A DNA stretch of 64,000 nucleotides from the human T2T-CHM13v2.0 reference genome, Homo sapiens: the NCBI RefSeq assembly GCF_009914755.1, contig NC_060939.1; one strand, written 5' to 3'. The notes under the pieces are model-generated. The model was not told the DNA's origin, searched no databases, and worked only from the letters and a program-made list of their open reading frames with translations. Each line of letters opens with the position of its first letter. Position 1 is the first letter of the stretch. The position numbers were made by a program, and so were the translations under genes. Shown here piece by piece: positions 1-15,100 of this stretch.

Positions 1-244
1 GGGCTTCTTATGGGAAAGGCATGATCTTCTTGAGACTTCAGCGTAGGCACATCCTCGGGGAGCACTTTCTAATGGGAAGTGTGAGTCTGGGTGGATAGTG
101 CCCATGACTCATTGTAAAGTCTATGTGGGAGCCTGGGCGGCTATAGTCTCATATGAAAAGTATTTCTGCTCTATCCTGCTCCTTCCCACGCTCAACCTTC
201 CTGAGCCACCCTGTTGCCATAAGCATCTGTACAGTGCCGCAAGC

Positions 245-395
245 CTCACTACTAAGTGTCATCCTTGGACCATCAGCATCACCAGAGGGCCTATTAGAAA
301 GGCAGGATGTTGGGTGACATCTCAGTCCTAATGAGTTAAGACCTTTTTAACAAGACCTCCAGGTGTGTCCTATGCATGGTAAAATTTGAGAAGCC
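245..395. mobile_element. MER5A-like hAT-Charlie MITE remnant
   Basis: Matches recalled MER5A blocks: 'ggaccatcagcatcacc...ttagaaa', 'tttaacaagacctccaggtg...tatgcat...aaaatttgagaagc'. Confidence 0.65.
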
Positions 396-2805
396 CTTCC
401 CTGAAGAGGACCTTGTCAGGCATTCTCCCTGAGGAGACAGGTTTTTTGAGCTGTCTCCAGAATAATCTGGAGAGCTGTCCTGGATATAAATGATGCTTTC
501 TTCCTCGGGGGGAGGAGAAGCTCCACAAAGGAGCAACAACACAAATTGTCTCCAACCCACAGATAGGCACAGAGCTCAAAAGAAATTAAGTCAAGCCAAA
601 TGGCAAGCAAGATGCTGTTAGTATGAGTGGTAATAGATAGCTCCCTATGTCCTGTTCTGTCATTCTGTCTGTTGCTGTACATGCTCCAGGACATCCTGCC
701 CTTAGCAAAACATGCTGGAATGGGTTTACAGTGGGTCCGAGGACATATTCTAGTGAAAGACCAAAGCCTTGCCAGTCCTCTAGGCACAGTCGTTATCTCC
801 CTGGACAAATGTGTACAAGTCACTATAGTGGGTCCACTTTCCCAGCATGAGCTCTGAACCTCAGGTTTGGTCCAAGCTATTGCAGTCTACTACTATGCAG
901 TTAGTTCTTCCCGTCCCTCCACCCAGGCACAGTCTGTTCAGGTTTCAAGGCCCAATTCAAATCCTGCTTCCTCCACAGCATCTTCCTGGTCATTCCAAAT
1001 ACACTGGGGACATCCTCCAAGACACTGGTGTTTAATAATTTCATGGAAATTTTTTCAACAGGCTATAAATTCCCAGAATGGGGAGACTTATGTCTGACAT
1101 TATGTTCTATACCTTGTCCACTCCCCTGATTATAGAGACATAATATTCAGTATATGAGTACAAGTCCTTAAACACTCAGTTTGAACTGTCATGAGGATCT
1201 AGCAAATCTGTTTTCAGAAAGGACCTGGGGAAGCCCCTCAGCCTGGTGATCTTTCTCCTGCTTCCTGAAAACCCAGCACTCTTCATACCTATCCTATCCT
1301 GGCTTGGCTGTAGACTGAGTGGACGGTCTTTCCTCCAGAGGAACTTCTATGAGAGTCCAACAGACAACCAGATTCCAGAATCATATGGAGAAACCAGGTG
1401 ACTGGGCTAAGAGGGGACCCTCAGTGTGACAATGGCAAGAGATGTTTATCCAGAGGACCAGGCCAAACAATTCCATCTAGTTATCTAGTTTTCTGTGACT
1501 CTTGGGTAGTAGTGAGCTATTATATCATGATGGGAATGACAGGAAGAACAGGGAGAAAAATAATATTAATTATAGCAGGCTGAGATTATTCTACATAGCA
1601 AACCACAGTTCTGTCCTCTACTGGAAAATTAGCTGTACTTCATGGTTGCCCCAGCTGAGGTGCTGTGGCTAAAAGAAGACTGTCTGAGAAAATGATGAAA
1701 GGCACAGTCTGACCTTTGCTCCTTGGAATGTTATTATTGTCCAAATAAACGATGCATATGTTATCAGAGCATCTTTTCTACCAGGTCAGTAGATGTTCTT
1801 CCTATGCCTATGCTATTACCCCTAAAGTGGACTAAGGTAGCAATGCATGGACCAGATCTGAGAATACAATTACTGAATACCCTTAAACACTAGTCAACCG
1901 AATATTGTAAGCAGAGGTGGAAATGACAACTGTGATTCTTCACTGTCATTACTGGCATGAAGAAGGTCCAGTCTCCTTCTCAGGACCACTGAAGTTCACA
2001 GGTCTAGGGAATACTGCTTGTACTGCAGTCTCAGGAATTCTACCCCATGGCATTTCCAGTGTGCAGCCTGCCTGTCATTTGCAGCTGCCCCAATCCTTCT
2101 ATTTCCAACTGTCATTTATTCTTTCCAATGAATATAGAAACATGCCTGACAAACTTACGCACTATGAGAAAACTTAGAGCAGGGACTGAGTCTTGGAAAA
2201 AAGTTAAATGTTTTTCTTTTAAATAGATCTGAATATAATATCTTCCAGGATCACACATCCTAAAATAACTGTGATTCTTTTCTTTAAAAAGCAAACAAAC
2301 AATATGCCCCTCCAATTAAAAGAAAATTCTAAAATGGAATTGCCAAAATTCTGGATGAGACATTCTTCCCTTTTACCTCTCTCATGCCGGGAAATTCTTT
2401 CTGCTTGCTAACCCCCGAATACCATCCGCGATTAGAAATAGAGGAGAACTCCATCGAGCACTGTGTTTCAGGTTCTCAACAAATATCTGGGGCTCTCAGA
2501 CTGCCTGCCAGGCACCTTGCTAGGCACCAGATCCATAAAACTGGTTCTCACTTCTCTACCCATTTCTCCTTAAAAAGAAAAAAACTCAAAAGTTGGTTTG
2601 TGGAGGTTTGGGGTCCAACAACTATTTATGCAAAATATTTGCCGATTTTCACCAGCTTTCTATCCATGGCCTAAAGGAAGCTGAAACAGCTTAGAGGCTG
2701 AAGAAATGAACCACAGAGCTTGAAACAGAGGCAATCAAGTCATCTCAAACAGCGGGACTAGGAAATCTAAGTCAAGTCTGAAGAGAAAGGTAGTGAAAGA
2801 CTTAC

Positions 2806-2868
2806 CATTTTTCTTTTTCTTTTTCAAAAGAAGTCAATGGCCATTCAGTGTTTAAATGAGAACAAAGA
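2806..2868 (-). other. Candidate 63-nt internal exon of a minus-strand transcript
   Basis: Minus strand has acceptor ccttaatttttcccccctgtAG and donor aaATG/GTAAGT. No transcript evidence is available. Confidence 0.45.
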
Positions 2869-3259
2869 CTACAGGGGGGAAAAATTAAGGTAAATATTTG
2901 TAATAATGTGTCATTGCATTTTACATAATGGGCCAGCAGTCTTTGAAATGTGACGACATTCATATCTACAGTTTTATTTGTTTTTTCTTATTTGCTCTCC
3001 TGAGGCAAGTCTCTTTTAGGCTGTCAGCCACCAAAGCAGCTAGCAAATACAAGGACACTGAAAGGCATTCTGCCAACACGACCTCAGAAGTATTTACAGA
3101 CTGCAATGGAGACCATGATATAATTCAGTTTCTGCATGGCTATACTCTTTGCCAATTAATATTCTAATGTATCCTTTGAGGATGTGGTAAATGTTGGTTT
3201 AAGATAAAACAGCAAAGACAAATATTAGTGTGCCACATAAAGGTATTACTTGCCATGAG

Positions 3260-3408
3260 AGCACTGTTTCTTAGTACAGACTACCTGGATTGCACAACCA
3301 GAGATTCTGGTCTCACTGGACCAGAGTGTACAGCCTGGGTACCAGGATTTTCAAATAGCCTCGTCCACCTAGTGATTCTAATAAGCAGCTATGATTGAGA
3401 AACACTGT
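3260..3408. mobile_element. MER5-type DNA transposon remnant
   Basis: 'ccagagattctg...ggattttcaaa...gtgattctaa...cagc...ttgagaaacactg' resembles a MER5A/B end. Confidence 0.5.
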
Positions 3409-3505
3409 ACTCGTCAATTACCAGAATGTTTTGTATTCTATTTGGAACACAACTAAAATTTGACCTGATGAACTCGTGCAAAATATTAAAAGCTGAACCT
3501 GCAGA

Positions 3506-3884
<379 letters not shown>

Positions 3885-5099
3885 TCACCGCCACACACCC
3901 TAACCTGATATTTGAGGAAAAGAGACGAAACACACAAGTAACAAAAACAAAAGGTGAAGCTTGGTTAGTCCAATCCTTGATGCCCAGAAAAAAATCTTAC
4001 AGGAGACCAGAAGATAAGGGCCAACAAAAGCTGAACAGAAGTTCAGTGAAAATCAGTAAGGTCTTTAGGCTAGTCTAGTTCTGCCTCATTTTCCTGAGGC
4101 AGCAGTGGGAAGCAGCTGGCCCTCCTGCCCCTCTCCCCAGCCCCTCCAGGCCTGCATGCTATCCTTGGGGACCCTAGGCCTCTGCTGGGATTTCCCTCTG
4201 CTGTGGGGATTTCCATGCTGGCCTAGAGGCCCGCGGCAAGTAGCCCAGTTGCTAGAGCCTGGAGGCAGGTGAGCAGGGTGGTAGAAGGTGAGGGAGTGAT
4301 GTCAGAGAAGCCTCTCAACAGACAGCATCAGCTTCCTGACGCTTAGAAGACCCCTTGTTTCTTCCATCTCTTCAGAGCCAGGGCCATCAGGTGGCCCATA
4401 AACTCCTTTTTCACATGCAAGCTGAGAAGGCTGTGAGCCAGCCACATGGCAGGGGGTTGAGAGGCCATCACCCTGCGTGTTCACCGCCTCTCCTCGCTGC
4501 TGCTGGAAGGAAAGGGCTTTGCCTCCAGTTAAGGGAACATGAGGTCCTCATAAAGGTTTCAGAGAGTTGGAGCAGAGATGGAGGGGCTGATAACTTGTCT
4601 CTGTCCCTAATATCTGACAGAAACAAAGAGCAAGGAATACAACACTTACTATTTAACATTTAATTTAGGATGGCACCAATTTCCATTAAGTGAAGCATCA
4701 AGGAAAAATGCTGATATTGATAGTCTTCTAGGATCCTTAATCATTCTCATAATTTTAAAAAAATCTAAAGATTTTCTGAGCTAGATATGGTAGTAATTAT
4801 AATTTTTGTAGTATATATCATGTGTATTACAAAAAGATACATATAAATATGTATAAAATATGATATATTTTCTGTAAATTCTTTATCCTAGTATTTAATT
4901 CCCATGACACAATAATTATGCATATTATTAAACCTGTTTCATCGTCGAGTCATTTGGTTAAAATAACTGTATTCGGGGATGTTTAATCCTTACAGCTCCT
5001 TGAACCAAAAGCCTGGAGGTTTAGTTACAGGTTTACAAATCACAGGGAAAACTGTTCCTAGTAGCTTTCTCATGCTATCATAGCCTTTGTCTTTTTCTG

Positions 5100-6935
5100 C
5101 CTCTCCTTTGTCAAAATATATCTGTCAGAGAAAGATTTCTCACCACGATAATCAGTAAATCTCCCCAAGAAATGACTGTAAAATTGGATAACATTGTCAA
5201 AAATAACAATTTTAGGCCTTTGAAAACTAAGCAAAGACAAGAAAATAAGCAAACAAACCAACTGAGAAGGATTTACCCATTAAATAAAAGACAGATAGAC
5301 TTTGGGCCTCCATGGTATTCTTGCCTGGGGCTGCTCCCATCATCTCTCCAGCTCAAGGGTCTTGGTAGTTCTACCAGGGCAGGGCTGGTCATGAAAACCA
5401 GCAGCTTCACTCCTAGCAGGGCTCACTCGTGTCTAGTGGGACTGTCAGTAAAATAATAAGGCTAGTAACACACATGCCTCATAGTCTGAGGTTGCTCTCA
5501 CAGATCGGGGGGATTTCAGGCTGGCAGACTAGCCAGACATTTAGCAAAGAGATCCTAGAAATGAGAGCACTGCAGAAAGCCTAGATAAGACCCCAGGCAG
5601 ACGGGGATGGGATGCTACACACATGCTCATGGGACACCCAGAAGGGCCCAGTTGAAAGTAAAACCCAGGGAAGACTTGAAAACTGTCTGAACTTGGAACA
5701 TGCTCCTGTTACCACATCAGCAGAAGGTGGAAGCTCTGCTGGCTTGAGGTGTTTGAGCACAACATCTGACCAGTCTTTGGGTGACCACTAAACTACAAGA
5801 TGCAGGGGAATCCCGTGGGAACCCAGGCTAGTAAAATGAAAATAAGAATTAAAAAAAAAAAAAGAAAAAAATAGCTGCCTGACATCAGTGGGGAAACAAG
5901 TTCTGCAGAATAAGTCTAGGCAACTTACTAAAACAGCAAGAGCAGCAGCAACAACAAAATGACAACAACCTTTGGGGGGAAAGTAAGAATCCAGAATTTT
6001 GACATCATCTATTTGCTAAAATGACTGGTTTTCAACAAAATATCATGAGATAGGCAAAGAAATAAGATGGTATGACCTATATTCAGGAAAAATATCAGTC
6101 AACAGAAACTGTCTTGGAGCAGGCCCTAATGTTGAATTTAGCACATGAAGAAACAATCCAAAATGAAGCAAAAAAAAAAAATGACTGAAGAAAATACTGA
6201 GCAGAGCACTAGAGGCCTATGAGAAAACAGCAAGCTGTCATTGGACTCTGTACTCGGTCTCAGAAGAAAGTGATAGGAAAAAAAAATCAAAAGTCTGTGG
6301 GAATAACGGCCACACATTGTAAGCACATAACAACACATTCTGAAAAGAAAGAATATCCTAAAAACAGACAAATAAACAATATGTAGAAGTACAATAATTA
6401 AAAAAATGGCTGATTTTCAGGAAAACAGTGCAGCCTCATTTCAAAACACACACACACAAGGTCTGTCAACCTAGAGTTCTCTATATCCAGAAAAAGAACA
6501 TATATCTAGTAATAATATCCTTCAAAGCAAAGATGAAATGAAGACATATTCATATCAACTAAAGCTGAGAAGAATCCTTTGCCAGTAGACCTACGTTGTG
6601 AGAAATGCTAAAAAAAAAAAAAAAAAAAAACAGGTTTTCATGCTGAAATCATACTAGTCTGAAACTTGATAACTTAGTTCTACAGGAAAGCTTAAAAAGT
6701 ACCTGAAATGGTAAAGAAGTAGATAAATACGTAATACTATTTTTTCCTAATATCTTTGAAAAAACAGATTTAAAGTTAAAATAAAAGCCTTGTAATTAGG
6801 GGTTTGTAATCTATATAGTAGCAAATTATACGACAGTAATAGCAAAAAAGACTGGGAAGGCAAATGGTATTATACTGTTGTAAGCCTCTTACATTACACA
6901 TAAAGTTCAAGACATACTATACTAAGAGATATATA
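5100..6935 (+). mobile_element. Ancient L1M (L1MC/MD/ME-like) 5'UTR/ORF1 remnant
   Basis: A-rich degenerate L1 sequence such as 'tgtcaacctagagttctctatatccag...atatccttcaaag..aagatgaaatgaagacat' (ORF1 C-terminal region). It continues after the nested LTRs. Confidence 0.7.
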
Positions 6936-6940
6936 GACAG

Positions 6941-7341
6941 TGATATAGTTTGGATCTGTGTCCCTACCCAATTCTCATGTTGAATTGTAATCCCCAGTGT
7001 TGGAGGTAGGGCCTGGTGGGAGATGATTGGATCATGGAGGCAGTTTCTCATGAATAGTTTAACACCATACCCCTTGGCAATGTTCTTATGATAGTGAGTT
7101 CTCGTGAGATCTGGTTGTTTACAAGTGTGTGGCACCCCCCACCTTGGTCCTTCTCCTGCCATGTAATACACCTGCTCCTGCTTTGCCTTCTGCCATGAGT
7201 CAAAGCTCCCTGAAGCCTCCCCAGAAGCAGACACTGCCTTGCTTCCTATACACCCTGCAGAACTGGGGGCCAATTAAACCTCTTTATAAATTACCCAGGC
7301 TCAGGTATTTCTTTATAGCAGTGTGAGAACAAATTAATACA
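6941..7341 (+). mobile_element. MSTA-type MaLR solo LTR
   Basis: TG...CA termini. Begins 'tgatatagtttggatctgtgtccctacccaattctcatg' and ends 'attaaacctctttataaattacccag...aattaataca'. Confidence 0.9.
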
Positions 7342-7350
7342 GATAAATAG

Positions 7351-7729
7351 TGTATTAGTCTGTTTTCACACTGCTATAAAGAAATATCCTGAGACTGGGT
7401 AATATACGAAGGAAAGAGGTTTGATTAACTCATAGTTGCACATGGCTGGAGAGACCTCAGGAAACTTACGATCATGTGAGAAGGCAAAGCAGAAGCAAGG
7501 ACCTTCTTCACAGGGCGGCAGGAGAGAGAATAGTGATGAGCGAAGAAGGAAGAGCCCTTTATAAAACCATCAGATCTCGTGAGAACTCATTCACTATCAT
7601 GAGAACAGCATGGGGAAACTACCCCCATGATCCAATCAACCCCCACCAGATCTCTCCCTAGACACATAGGGATTATGGGGATTACAATTCAAGATGACAT
7701 TTCGGTGAGGACACAGCCAAACCATATCA
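7351..7729 (-). mobile_element. THE1 (C/D-type) MaLR solo LTR
   Basis: 'tgtattagtctgttttcacactgctataaag...gacacagccaaaccatatca' is the reverse complement of a THE1 LTR. Confidence 0.9.
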
Positions 7730-7766
7730 GATGGATGGATGGATGGATGGATAGATACATAGATAC

Positions 7767-7816
<50 letters not shown>

Positions 7817-7820
7817 GGAT
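7730..7820 (+). repeat. Compound tetranucleotide microsatellite (GATG)n(GATA/CATA)n
   Basis: Read directly. Confidence 0.97.
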
Positions 7821-7896
7821 CCCTAGGATCAACTACTGAAGAATAAAGCAAAGGGTAAAAATAAAAAGTCAAGGAACGATATAAAATAGAATACTA

Positions 7897-9067
<1,171 letters not shown>

Positions 9068-9612
9068 ACGCCTCAAACCCCACATTCTTCCTTTTTTTTT
9101 CTTCATTTCATTGACTGTGACTTCCCTTCAAAGCTACTGAAGAAAGGGAGGCATAGATTCGTTACCACAAGTTCAGCTCAGCTCCCAACTCTGAACATTC
9201 TTTTCAGTTCTTGACTATGGTCATCCCCCAACTCCTGAAGTAGGAGGATTTTCCAAGCATAAAAGAATGACCAGGTTTAGATTTAGACCAGATTTTCTAG
9301 AACCTAAGAAAATAAGCATATGTACTTTGCTAAACTACCTGCCTATCTGATAACCTGATTTTAGTATCTGATGTAGAACTTGGAAGCCATAAATTTGAAA
9401 ATCCCAAATTGCAAATTAACAAATTGAGCATTTATTTGAGGAACAAGTATCATGTTTATGAGCAGCACCCACAGAGTTTGGAAGAGAAGGTTTACCCACT
9501 AATAGCCATCCTAACTTACGTTTAAAAAAGTTCATAAACCTCTAGTCAGCTATAGAACATGGGATCATGGGGGCTGCACAGTGACTAAAAGGGATTTTAA
9601 AACTGTAAATAT

Positions 9613-9911
9613 GCCCAGGCACAGTGGCTCACGCCTGTAATCCCAACACTTTGGGAGGGTGAGGCGGGTGGATCACCTGAGGTCAGGAGTTCGAGACCAG
9701 CCTCACCAACATGGTAAAACCCGTCTCTACTAAAGATACAAAAATTAGCCAGGTGTGGTGGCGTGTGCCTGTAATCTCAGCTACTTGGAAGGTTGAGGCA
9801 CAAGAGTCACTTGAACCCAGGAGGCAGAGGTTGCAGTGAGCTGAGATCGTGCCATCGCAACTGCAGCCCGGGTGACAGAACGAGACTCTGTTTAAAAAAA
9901 AAAAAAAAAAA
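9613..9911 (+). mobile_element. AluS (Sx/Sz-like)
   Basis: Full Alu dimer with 'gatcacctgaggtcaggagttcgagacc' and a poly(A) tail. Confidence 0.95.
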
Positions 9912-10422
9912 CTATATCCGAATTATTAAAAATTTAACCAATTAGTCAAAATAAACTTTGTGAAAGAATTGAGCCAATCATTGTTGCCAATGTGCTAAGG
10001 ACTCAGGGATCAGGACAGATGGAACAAAAATGTGAACACATTTGTAGTCATATTTAGATAAGAAAATCATTCTTAATCCACATGATAAAAGTATCCTTTT
10101 ATCTTTTCTAATTATCATTCTATAGATATTAATGTGAGAATACTCTCCAACTCCTTTAAAAAACCTGTTGCTCAAAATGTTCTTCATTTAAAGGAACTGG
10201 TAATGATAAGTGGGAAATGACACATACTACTGGTGTAGCTGGTGGAGCCATTGACATCTCACCTCTGTGGGTTGTTTAGAGATAAAATTCGTTTCTTTCA
10301 TAGCAAGGAGCATTCTAAGGATTCTTGGTGAGGTGGTTTTGTTTTATTCCCTGGAATATGGAGAATAGCTGTGGCAGATATCCAGGGGTTGTTTTCTCCA
10401 GCATGTTCTAACATACTTTAAC

Positions 10423-11764
<1,342 letters not shown>

Positions 11765-11784
11765 TTAACTGTTTTGAAAGAATA

Positions 11785-12170
11785 TGTGGTAAATCAGGAT
11801 CCCCAGGGGACAGACTCTGAGGCTCTGAGATTGCATGTAAAAGCTTTATGAAGAACTGCTTTTAGGATTGGGCCAAGAGAGGTTGGACTATGATGCATGC
11901 ACAGCAGGGGCCCCAGCCATCCTACAGGAAGCCCTGGGGTTGTGGTGGCCCCCAGAGTTGTGCTGCCTTGATGCACGCAAGACAGCCATTTCGTGTGGGA
12001 AGACCTTGGGGATGGGACATGACCTTGGGCAAGGCAGCACCGATGGCCGAGGCCAGTTCTTGGAGGAGAATCAACTGGGAGCCATCCACTGCCACACTCC
12101 CACAGATGTAGGAATGAGTACCTCCTTCTTGACATGGGACTTGAGTGGATCACCACCACTTCCATGCTAC
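11785..12170 (-). mobile_element. Old ERVL LTR (LTR16/LTR33-like)
   Basis: 'ggatccccaggggacagactctgagg..gagattgcatg..aagctttat' resembles a reverse LTR16-family end. Locally GC-rich. Confidence 0.5.
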
Positions 12171-15100
12171 AGTTTCAGAGATTCTGAACCTCTCCTTGAG
12201 ACTGGCCAATGACTACATAGCCACAGCAGCTGATGTACATTAATACCAAAGTTAACCTAAACTATCATTTGTTTCTGTTCTTGCTACTATTTTCAGCTTG
12301 CCTGTGACTCTCTGGAAGATTTGAATTTCTACTCCCTAAATTATGTCTATCATGTCTATCTTTTTACATGGATCATTGGTGCTGTTTAGAATGGATCTGA
12401 AGGGCAATCCCCTATCTGTGGGAGAATATATTTCCATATCCAGAGAGAATCCCCACCCACCTTGCTCCTTCTAGCCTGATATTGCTCGGTTTAGGAGAAG
12501 ACTTCCTAAAGTTGAGAAACTGTGATCTCAGAGTTTGGATTTTAAATTAAAGCTCTGTTTGTTGATACAGCTGAGAGTGATTTTGTGTGTGTGGTGGTAG
12601 AGGGTTAGATTTACTGCCATTATGGGCAAAATATACTGGTTTCTGCTTCTGCACTGAAATTTAACAACTACATCTTTCCATATTACTGAAGCCATGGACT
12701 GATGTGTGGCCTGTGGAATGAAGCCTGTGAAGGTGGTTAACTGGATTCTTAGGCAAAGGGAGATCAGAACAGCCTGTCTATCTCTGGTATGCAAGGGTGG
12801 TGCCCAAACAGAAAGGCAGAGGATCATTTTGTCCCAGAAAACAGCTGCTATGGCATTTCTGTGGTTAGATATTTGGGGGAGAGTTGATAAAGTGGGGAAG
12901 ATATAAAGGATAATGTAAATAACCAAAGAAAGAAGATTCTTTGAGAGAGAGAGAGAAAGAATACAAGAGGTATATTTTTCTTCTTCTTTACCAATAATAA
13001 CTAGATAAATTTAACTCAAATGAAGAAGAAAGGAGGTGGCATGGAATGATTACTCCCTCATCATCACAACCTCTGCCCCATGTGTAAGCTAAGCTTGATG
13101 ATGAGATATGATGATGCCATGATGATAACCTCTTAAAATTTGCAAATCTCTGCTGAAAACTTGAAGTTAAAGCATCAGGTTTAGCAGAAAAAGTATGGTA
13201 CCTACAGTGAGAGTAACTGTTTCAAGTCACATCACGGCCATTTAATAGCTGCTTAGTTTTGGCTCCATCATTAATCTCCTCAAGACTTATATATATATGA
13301 AATGCAGCACAGACAGTTGATATACAAAATCATAAACATGAATGACAGCATTTTGTACTCTATAAGGGGATGCACAAATTTAATGCCAGATTTTGTCAAA
13401 GCCAATGCATTTTTGTGGTTAGTTCTCTGAATCAAGATGTAAACAACCCAAATCTTCCCTTCTTTTTATTTAGCTTTGTTGCACACCAATTGAAGAGACA
13501 TTTTAAATATTTTCACCCCTGAGTTGGTGAGATAATACGTCTTCTTCCCTAAGACACTAAGCAGTGATGGACTGGTAAAATTTAAATTTTATAAAAAGCA
13601 GGCATTTACCAAATTCAAGTTGTTCTGACATTTTATGGCAATAAAACTAAACCTCCTTTGCATAAAAATTTGCATTCATTTTTAAAAACTGTCTTAATAT
13701 TCCTAATGATGACTCCATGGCAATACAAAATATCATCCAACTAAATTGCTTTTGAATCACCAAATAAAGATAAAAGAGGAACAACTTTTGTTATTGTGAC
13801 AAATGTACTTGGTGTATTCAACTCTTTCAGAACTAGTCATTACTTGATATGGGAACTTAGTTAACCCAAAGATCCCTTACTGCATGAGAACCCTAGGATT
13901 TCGTTGGAGCCACTCATCTCTAGTGAAGAAAGGAATCCAAACAGGTAGATAGATAGGCATTTTTACTGGCTTTTCAGCTGGACTTTTTCCTCCACTGACT
14001 ATCACCTGTGGCAGGTAGTCACTTCTTTGCATTCACAAGTGTGTGGGCACACATTTTCCATGTGCCATTTTGCTTCTTTGCTTACGCTTTCAGTATTTCT
14101 CCCTGATCCAGAATGTAGTACTCAAGTGTTGATATAGCTGAGTGGTTAACCCAGAAAACTTTTCTAATCCTCCTCCTCTTCCCTTGATTCTTGTGTTATT
14201 TTTGGAAAACCTTTAAGGAGACTGTGCCTCTACAAAGATAACAGCCAGATGATGAATATACACACACACAAAACAGAGGGAAACAAAAATCTTGCTCACA
14301 TACTTCACGTAAAATAAGAATGACATCTGGATACCATAAGGCGGATATCTCATTTTCTGGTAAAAACTGTCTCCTGGTTTTTCTGTTATGGAAGCATAAA
14401 GCAAGAGATGCTTTTAAAAAGCCATCTATACTCCAGAGCAACTCTGTCCTCTCTAGGTCTCTGCCTAGCCTGCTTTAACTGAAATGTTAACAAGTACTGA
14501 AAGTTTAGTATACCCACTGTTGAAAATTCAGAGTAGTAGTCAATAATCACTAATCAGGATCACTAATAATCACAAAAGGATGCTTCTTTCCATAAGGAAT
14601 AGGTTCTAAGAAACGTTTTCAAGCTCTACAAATGATACTCAGAATAAAAAAAAAAAGTAACTCCAAGATTCTAAGTAATCTGAAAAATCTATCTATATAA
14701 TAGGACAAAATCTGACAGAAGCCTTTTCTCCCTCCCAGGGCTCTGTTCATTTTTGGTCACTGCATATGTCTTGTGATGTCTGAGGACTTTGAGGTGTCAT
14801 CCTGAGACAGCAATCTGCATCTGATTTTGCACAGAGGAAACTGACTTGATGCAGATCACATATTTTGCTGTTAGGTCAGGTCTGAGAAAGAAACTCTGGA
14901 CTTATTCCACTTGTATTTAATGCCTCTGGGAAGTGAATATTCTCAGCAATAAGGTCTTTCATGCTTTTGGGCTTAAGCATTGCCTCCATTTGAAATACTT
15001 CCCCTCCTCAAATTCTCAACCTGTTGAAATATTTTGAATCTTACTGAAATACCACCTCCTCTCTAGAGTGCTTCCTTACTCCCTACAATTAGAATGAATG

